In this document: positions 24,375 through 32,106 of the stretch, piece by piece
Numbering within the stretch: the stretch's first letter is position 1
How the letters are laid out: every line of letters starts with the position of its first letter
Assembly: GCA_003568945.1 (NCBI GenBank)
Contig: BDIP01000090.1
Location: 1 to 32,106, forward strand
Reading direction: 5' to 3'
DNA length: 32,106 nt
Origin: Kipferlia bialata
Taxonomy: Eukaryota
The notes under the pieces: model-generated
What the model was told of the DNA's origin: nothing
The model's input: only the letters and a program-made list of their open reading frames with translations
Databases searched by the model: none
Position numbers and translations under genes: made by a program

Positions 24375-24827
24375 TTACTCCTGCTCCTGCTTGAGGGTGT
24401 GGTGGCACCTTCCGCAGTAGAGGCGGGTGGTGGATCCCTGGGAGTGGCGGGAGTAACGGACACCGGCACCGCAGTGCTGGCAGTCGGAACGGAGACGGCG
24501 GATCTCACCCTCACCGGAGACCTCGAAGTACTTGAGGACAGCCAGGGGGTTGGGCTTCCTGACCTGCTTGACCTTGCTGGTCTTGCCGACAGCCTTCTTC
24601 TTTCTCTTCTTGGCACCACCGTCGAGGGGAACAACGACGTTGATGGTGCTCTCCTCCTCAAGGCACTCAAGAGTGGCCTCAGTGAGGATAGAGGAGCCGG
24701 TGGCCAGAACGAATCCGGACATTCCGGTCATAGACTCGACAGCGTCAGTCACATCAGCGACGCAAGCGCCAGAGGCGACCTCAAGGGCGAAGGTGCTGCA
24801 AGGGGCACGGACAAACAGCTGGACCAT
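24375..24827 (-). CDS. RPS27A: Ubiquitin-like domain-40S ribosomal protein eS31 (S27a) fusion, intronless
   Basis: 150-aa ORF. A 71-aa UBL ends in LDGG, followed by AKKRKKK, LAVLKYFEV, IRRLR, and zinc finger CQHCGAGV...RLYCGRC. Confidence 0.93.
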   Translation of the reverse strand: MVQLFVRAPCSTFALEVASGACVADVTDAVESMTGMSGFVLATGSSILTEATLECLEEESTINVVVPLDGGAKKRKKKAVGKTSKVKQVRKPNPLAVLKYFEVSGEGEIRRLRSDCQHCGAGVRYSRHSQGSTTRLYCGRCHHTLKQEQE

Positions 24828-25087
24828 GTTATATCAAGGCGAAAAACACACCAACGCTGCTTCGATGTAGGTTTTGACCCAGACCTTTCTTTCAAACGGA
24901 GACAAATAGTACCCTGTTCACTTTTATTGCAAAAGTGGTATCATATTTCCAGACGAAAAACATTGTTTTTACTCTGCTTTCCGACGAACCTCATTTCGAC
25001 TATTTCCACGGGGTGTAGCTGCCAGCTTTCCAAAAACAGTGGGGCAGTTCAGCACCATATGAGTCCACTGTACACAGACAGTGTGAG
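24828..25087. promoter_or_regulatory. Probable bidirectional promoter region between RPS27A and the RFC subunit
   Basis: 260 bp between divergent ATGs, microsatellite-free, with short A/T runs. No specific element identified. Confidence 0.5.
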
Positions 25088-26629
25088 ATGCTCTGGATTG
25101 ACAAGTACAGACCCAAGAAGCTGAGTGACCTTACTCTGCACCCAGAGATCACAGATCGGTTGGAGAGGCTGGTGAGTGACTGTGTTCGGACATAATATGT
25201 ATTGAGTAGTATTCATCAGCGTGAGTGTCCGTGCTCACTCCCAGGCTGACTCCCCTAATTTCCCTCATCTACTGGTCTATGGACCTGAGGGAAGTGGTCG
25301 GAAGACCAGAGTTCTTGCTCTGCTTCACAAGATGTTTGGCGCCAGTGTCCAGACTGTGAGAGCCAGTCAGTACGAGTACACTACTGGATCCAAGAAGGCT
25401 GAGATCCCTGTGCTTATGTCCAACTATCACATTGAGCTCACTCCTGCCGATGCTGGTAACGACGACCGTGTAGTGGTGCAGCAGATCATCAAGGAGATTG
25501 CCTCAACAATCCCTGTCAACCAGAAGAAGGAGGCTAGGTCGTTCAAGGTGGTGGTGCTGAACGATGTGGACAGGCTCTCTCAGCTTGCCCAGCAGGCTCT
25601 GCGTCGTACTATGGAGCGGTACGCTTCGTCTTGCCGCATTGTGTTTGTTGCCAACAGTACCTCGAGACTCATCCTGCCTCTCCGCTCTAGGTGCCTCCCA
25701 GTCCGTGTCCCGGCCCCCTCTGAGGAGGACATAGTTCAGTGCATGAACAGAGTGGCAGACAAGGAGCTTAACATTGACTGTGATGATGAGGTGTGTTAAG
25801 TGCCAGCCATAGTATTTCCAGGAGTATTTCAACATATAGTAGGTGTAAGCGGTATTGTTGAGAGACTCTCTTACATCAGGGACTGGCCCGGGTTGCTGCT
25901 CAGAGCAGGGGAGACCTCAGGTACATCAAGTGTCTTATACCCCAATGTCTTGGTTTTATGTACTGCTTCTTATCCAGTCTATATTATGTGTCAATCATGT
26001 CAGTACTCTATACATCTCTCACCCTTAGGCGTGCCCTCCTTGTGATGCAGGCCATGGTGACCCAGTTCCAGCAGGTCAATGCCTCTACACCCCTCGTGGC
26101 GGCAGAGTACGAGCTCATCCTGAGGGACATCGCTGCCACTGTCGTCAAGAAGCAGGTGAGATATATATTCACCGATCTGTATACACATATGCCACTCTAT
26201 GTGAGAGGTGAGAGAGTGAGCCGCATTGTATTTACCTTTCCTACAAGTATATGTCCCCATTCTGACTCCTCAGGAGCCCAGTGCTCTTGTTGGCATCCGG
26301 TCCCACCTCTACACCCTCCTCGGTGCCCTCATCACACCCACAACCATCCTGGAGACACTAGTGAGGGAGATTGGTACGTATATAACAATAGTCTGCTATC
26401 TATTTCACCCTCATTGGGCCGATTGGTGCGTATGTATCATGGTCTACTCTAATTTTACCCGGCTTTACTATTGATATTCTTACCCCCAGCCCTACTGTTG
26501 CGCAATGACGTTGTCAAGATGGAGATGACATTCTCTGCCACTACATACAGTAGCAGGATCAACCAGGGTGGGTATTCATCCGTATCCTTTATATATCTAG
26601 TTCACTCAAGGCTCCATGTCCATTGATCA

Positions 26630-26662
<33 letters not shown>

Positions 26663-26746
26663 ACCATAGGCTCCATGCCCATTGTGCACATCGAGGCCTT
26701 CCTCGCCAGGACCATGATGCTCATTGCCCAGTATAACCGTCAGTGA
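25088..26746 (+). CDS. RFC3: Replication factor C small subunit (human RFC3 / yeast Rfc5 type), complete, 7 exons
   Basis: Exons 25088-25171, 25245-25790, 25880-25920, 26029-26155, 26274-26374, 26490-26567, 26670-26746 (TGA). Motifs MLWIDKYRPK, PHLLVYGPEGSGRKT, SNYHIELTPADAGNDDRVVVQ, AQQALRRTMERY, LRSRC, GDLRRALL, IVHIEAF. Confidence 0.95.
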
Positions 26747-27393
26747 TGGGTACACACCCGCCTTGGCTATGGGAGTGTTCTCCTGCTGTGTAGTTGTAGT
26801 TAGTGTGTGATTTGTGTTTGTGTCTTATCGATTGTTGTTTTTCTTGTTCCCTTCCGTGTATTTTGTGTTGTTATTGTCAGCATGTCCCACCACTGCTTGC
26901 AAGTGTGTTCAATAGAGTCTGTGGTGTTCAATGTCTCCAGTGTCTAAAGTGTACCATGAGTCCAATACCCCATCTTTATTATTCAGTCCAATGTTGAAAA
27001 GATACATGACGTGATGGTTCCATACTAGTAGAACAGGACCCTGACACCGCTACTGGCCGACGACTATATCTCTGTGTCAACGATGGCTTGGGGAGTATGA
27101 CGTAGGGGCAGAGCCTACACATACATGCCCTCTTGGCACCAAGGGGTGAAGAGCCTGGGGCTCCAGGCCCTCCCATATACTAGTACAAGAGACGAAGGAT
27201 AACACCAACGGTCAGCAGTGTCCATGCCATAACTCGTCACTCTGAAAGGCAGAGGGCGTATCCGTATGTGTCTTGACCTCTGTTGCGGGAAGAACTGGTC
27301 ACTATCCACTACCCGCCTGTCCTAGATGGATGTGGGACGGGCCCACGATACATAGCGGCATCTCTCTCTCTCTACCTCTGTGGGTGGGTGTAT

Positions 27394-27465
27394 CTAGAGC
27401 TTCTTCATCTCATAGTCTATCTGCTCAATCTCGGCCTCTGCGGCTGCTATCCTGGCCCTCAGCTC
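27394..27465 (-). CDS. Orphan terminal exon of an unknown coiled-coil protein
   Basis: ctgaccctag acceptor, then ELRARIAAAEAEIEQIDYEMKKL-TAG. Two acceptor echoes lie upstream (~27532, ~27574). Upstream exons are absent beyond the G20 tract. Confidence 0.6.
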   Translation of the reverse strand, partial: ELRARIAAAEAEIEQIDYEMKKL

Positions 27466-27645
27466 CTAGGGTCAGATATAAATACAGTAATATTACAAAT
27501 ATATACACATAAATACTGGCCCTGAGCTCCTGAGGTTAGTATAAATGGATATCAGTATATATAGCGTAAGCTCCTAGGGTGTGAGAACACATATGTACAC
27601 AGAGAGACAACTGTCGGGAATATCACTAGACACATATATGCATAC

Positions 27646-27665
27646 GGGGGGGGGGGGGGGGGGGG
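27646..27665. repeat. Poly-G tract (20 nt)
   Basis: Homopolymer run between the orphan exon and the FPGS fragment. Confidence 0.95.
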
Positions 27666-29431
27666 CGGGTGCAGTCTCTTGATTTCCCCTGAGATCCAGT
27701 TCGGTTTGGGACGGTACTTGTTCTCTCTCTCCTTGTCTACATATATACATGTATTGTCCTTGCATCCCACCGCAGGAGTGTGTGGGACGACACCCTGTCT
27801 GTGCTGGGTGGTTCTAACCCCTATACCTCAGACGGACAGGAGCTGTCGGTGGGGGTGTTCTTTAGACTAGTCACACTGGCATGCATGAGGGCATTCAGAG
27901 ACGAGGTATGTTCTTATAACAACCACAGTGTGTCACTCCTACTATGTATGTGATTACTAACCCTCACCCCCAGGACTGCACTGCGTGGGTGCTAGAGACA
28001 GGGATAGGGGGCCAGTACGACCACACCAATGTGGTGACACCCACTGCTAGGTATAGAGGGGAGAGTGTAGTAGTGGCTGCATACACTATAGATGCCCCTC
28101 ACCCCAGCTGCATCACCAGACTGGGCATGTCATTTCTCATCATAGATCATACTGCTACTGTGTATATGCACACTCCCACTCCCTCACCCAGCTGCATCAC
28201 CAGGCTGGGCATGGACCACGAGCATCTGCTGGGGAGTGACATTGTATCAATAGCACAGGCCAAGGCCGGCATCATCAAGAGGGAGAGGCCCTGCGTCACT
28301 TTGCCACAGCACCCACTCGCCATGAGGGAGATACGGGATAAGGTGGGTGCATGTATGTATACATATATATATGGTGCTTAGACCCATATCCCCCCTGACC
28401 CCCAGGCTAAGCGTGTACATGCCCCTCTGAGTGTTGTGGTACCTCCCTATGATATGGAGGGTGACACACCTCTGCAGGGGGTTTACCAGAGAGAGAACGC
28501 GGCACTCTCCAGAGAGGTGGGTAGAGCATATGCTCTCGTATTTATTATTCGCATCTATCCTCACCCCCAGGTCTACAGACAGATGTCAGGGTGTGACCAT
28601 GATGGAATACCCTTGCTGGCCGAGGGGGACGTCTCGTGGCCAGGTAGGGCAGTATCAGTACCACTATCTATGATGGGAGAGAGGGAGTATATGGTATACA
28701 CTCCCATAGACAGTCTCCTCACTTACCACTCGGCCGTGCCCAAAGAGAGCCCCTCCCCCACCCTCTGAAGGGGTATATGTACCTAGATGGTGCCCATACT
28801 GTAGACAGTGTGCAGAGTGCAATGGTATGGGTCAGACACAGCAGGTGAGCACCTTATGTGTCATAAGTATATATACTCTATGGTGTGTTAATTTAACCTG
28901 CCACCCCTCACCTCCCAGCCGTGCCCCTTCCGGCGTCCCCCAGGTGCTGGTGTTTGGGTCTGACAGGAGGCGTAACTGGAGAGAGATGCTGAGACACATC
29001 AGTGAGGGGATGGGTCCAGGCCCAGTCCATGCCCTGTTTGTACCAAGGTATATATGCCTCTCTCTCTGTCTCTCTCTCTCTCTCTCTGCACCCTCATTCC
29101 CAGGTCCATGTCCTTCCAGTCCACCACCCCCTCTCCTTCTCAGTCTGGTGTTGACAGTGGCACCCAGGAGATGGCTAGGTACTGGGATACACTCAGAGAG
29201 GGACAGGAGGGGGAGAGAGGGGAGGCCTTGGTATGCGTAGAGCATCTGCCCCAGAGGTTGCTGGAGATTGCATCAGACAGTGAGGCCATGCCCTATGTGC
29301 CGGGTACTGCCCTCCCCACCCACCCCACAGAGGGTGTGCGTGATATGGATGTGGTGTGCACAGGGTCTCTCTATCTAGTGGGGGGGGTGGGTAGGGTGCT
29401 GGGGGTGGACATGCAGGGGAGGCGATTCTGA
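27666..29431 (+). CDS. FPGS: Folylpolyglutamate synthase / dihydrofolate synthase (FolC family), 5'-partial
   Basis: Spliced motifs ISPE, FFRLVTLA, VLETGIGGQYDHTNVV, ITRLGMDHEHLLG, KAGIIK, GVYQRENA, WPGR, YLDGAHT, CTGSLYLVG; TGA at 29429-29431. The P-loop (GTKGKGS-type) exon is absent. FPGS versus DHFS activity cannot be distinguished. Confidence 0.9.
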
Positions 29432-29564
29432 CCCCCTGCACCAATTGATTGTCATAATAGATCGTTCGAGCAACACAAGACACATTTGATTTATACGTAT
29501 TTGGTACATAGATATGGCAGCATATCTGCTGCCTCACACAACACACATACACACTCTCTCCCCT

Positions 29565-32106
29565 CTACCCCCCTATGAGTATGTCGTAGAGGGGCCATGA
29601 TACAAGCATGACATAGAAGTAGGAGATGATGGATATCACGACCCCTGCCGCTATGAAGTCCCTGTTGGACAGGTATCTCTTGCCACTCTCAGAGTCAATC
29701 TGGCCGGAGCAGCAGATGTTGGGGAACCCAGACACTGGGGGTGAGGGGGGAAGGGGGGGGGAGAGTGGACACACTCTCTATACATACATATGTGTATGTA
29801 TATATATATCCCTTACCTGGCAGCAGACATGCACTGCTGTCGAGCAGCACTCCACACACAGCCATCTTGGCACTCCCGACCATCTCCAGAGACATTGTGA
29901 CCAGGGGTGGTATGAGAATGAAGGCTGCCACAGTGTGGGACACAAAGGAGCCAACCAGGAGGACTATGACGCCAAACACACCCATGGTGCCCCAGGCGCC
30001 TAGGGGTCAGAAGAAGTGGAACACTATTATCATCCATATATACATGTATGCATGTGTGTGTGTACCTATGCCCCTGTCGACACAGAAGTCCTCAGCGAGT
30101 TCTGCCAGCCAGTCGACCAGACCAGAGGAGTGGCAGACCTGGCCCAGGACACGGCCTCCACCTGGGGGGGTCAGTATATAGTACAGTACATATATACATA
30201 TGCACATACGCATATACATGAGCGGGGGTATGGGGTGTACCTAGCAGCAGGAATATGGCCCAGGGCAGCTGTGCCAGGTGCTGTCTCTCGAGGATGTGGA
30301 ACCCAAAGTACACCACAAAGGGTATCAGGGCGATGATGCCCATGTCGCCAAACACATAGTCCAGGGCACCAGATAGGAGCCACAGCACGACAGTCGCCAC
30401 AAAGATGGCATAGGTCAGCACCTGGGGGTGGGGGGTATCTACACACACATATGTATATGTAAGTAAATGCATATACATACCTGCTGGTGCGTGAGGTCTC
30501 TCTTGAGCTCCGTGTGCTCCGAGTAGTTGATGGTCTGTAGCAGGATGCCTCGGGCGTTGTCCACAGGCTCAAAGCTGAAGCGCCTGGTATTAGGATGAGA
30601 CTAGGATATGAGATTATAATGAATGCTATAGCGCAGGAATACTGCACACACACCTGTCGCTCCCCAAGAGGTTGTTCCTCTCCCCGCCACTCATCTCTGA
30701 GTCTGACCCGTCACCTGGGGGTAAGGGGTTATATATATATATCAGTAAGTAGTTACACACTTACTGCTTCACATATATACAGCCCAGACTCTTCCCTTTC
30801 ACCTGGGGGGAAGGGGATATGAATATGACTCGATACAGTTGCACTCAATACTTCACATATTCAGTACACAGCCCATGTTCTCCCTCACCTAGCACGCTGT
30901 CCCCCTTGGGCACCCTGGCGATGGGGTCCACAATCTGCACACTGGGGTAAGGGATGGACAAGACGCCATACACCGCAATCTCCCTACGATATACACTATA
31001 TACTAATCCACACCTGTTAGCGTCCTCTGGGTTCTGCTCTGGGTTCCGCATGGGTCCAGAGATGGAGGACAGGGAGAGACGCCTCAGATGGCCTGGGGTT
31101 GGATACAGCAGAGAGTAATCCGGACTCAGCATCATTCATATCTATAGTACACATATACTATATATACCCTGTCCAAACTGGATCATATGTAGAGTATTCT
31201 TTTGCATTCATATTGACCCACCTGGTCCGAACCCATACATGCAGACCAGTGCCAGCCAGCAGAGCAGCAACTGGCCGATGCCTAGGAGTGAGACATGAGG
31301 GACAGGGAAAGATGTACCCACACAGAACAGCCACTACGCCACACCATACCCACCTGATGTGATAGCAAACAGGCACCACTGTGGGAATGAGGGCATGGCG
31401 TCTGGGTCCACATCCCTAATGGCACTGAGGGTGATGGCATTCTGGGGGGAGGCAAGGGGGGAGGACTGGCCACCGATGTTGGACCCCAGACTGACACTCA
31501 TCAGAAGCAGCCTGCACAGGTCTCTGCTCCTAGGGGTCTGGCAGGAGGGGTTGAACAAGGACACAAGCTGAGGGTAGAGGTGGGGGGGGGGGGGCAGTAT
31601 AAAGTAGAGAGAGTGCAAATTGTACATATGTGATAAATAGTATTACGCACCCTTGGAGTGATGAGTGAGATCACCACGCAAGGTGCCGACACATTGCTGA
31701 TAATGGCGCTGAGACCATAGCATAGCACAGTCACAGTGAGGGATAGGGCCAGGGGTGTGGCCTCAGATATGTTGTGCAGCAGAGAGTCCGCAATGCGCCG
31801 ATCTAGTCTGGGGTCAGATATATACATTAGAGACTATACTGTGGTAAGAATTACACTCACTTGTATGCACTGAGTGCCACGCTGAGTGTCAATATCAGTA
31901 TCATAGACATATACAATAGAGACTATACTTCTACACATACACCCCACTCACTTGTAAGCACTGAGTGCCACGCTGAGTGTGAACCCCCCCAGCACCAGGG
32001 CGGTGGTGGAGTCAACGAAGGCGGAGTACATCTTGGTGGCCGTCTCAGCGGCTGGGGGGTCAGACAGAGAGAGGGGGGGGGGGGGGAAAGGGGGGGCGAT
32101 ATTATC
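29565..32106 (-). CDS. DASS/SLC13-family anion transporter, Pho87/Pho90/Pho91-like; 5' end beyond the window
   Basis: LVLGGFTLSVALS, LSAIISNVSAP, LGSNIGGQSSPLASPQNAI, TVVLWLL..FGDMGIIALIP, LPWAIFLL, SSGL, SFVSHTVAAFILIP, LPVSGFPN, GKRYLSNRDF; TAG at 29565. Confidence 0.88.

Noticed and set aside
24354..25124. 256-aa plus-strand ORF
   Set aside because: Antisense shadow of RPS27A, with no recognisable motifs.

Overview
Eukaryotic, intron-dense genomic DNA. Introns are GT-AG, with a branch-point-like CT(G/A/C/T)AC only about 4-8 nt upstream of the 3' AG, and many contain (TA)n or (CT)n microsatellites. The style suggests a free-living fornicate such as Kipferlia (inference only). I rebuilt genes by manual splicing, because the ORF track is mostly noise. 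In order: a 5'-partial Na+/solute symporter (+); a copine/RGLG-type VWA gene fragment (+); a very large STAND-type NTPase + RhoGEF DH-PH gene (-); the N-terminal half of nicotinate phosphoribosyltransferase (+); a FAR-17a/AIG1-like membrane protein lacking its 5' end (+); RRP36 lacking its 3' end (-); an intronless divergent UBL-RPS27a fusion (-); a complete RFC small subunit (+); an orphan last exon (-); a 5'-partial folylpolyglutamate synthase (+); and a Pho87/Pho91-like DASS transporter (-) running off the window. Main observations: (1) introns carry many 'half-exon echoes' whose differences from the real exon are mostly synonymous; (2) one intron appears to have been created by tandem duplication of coding sequence; (3) an unusual STAND-RhoGEF fusion; (4) every C/G homopolymer of 20 nt or more coincides with a gene break, most likely an assembly misjoin.
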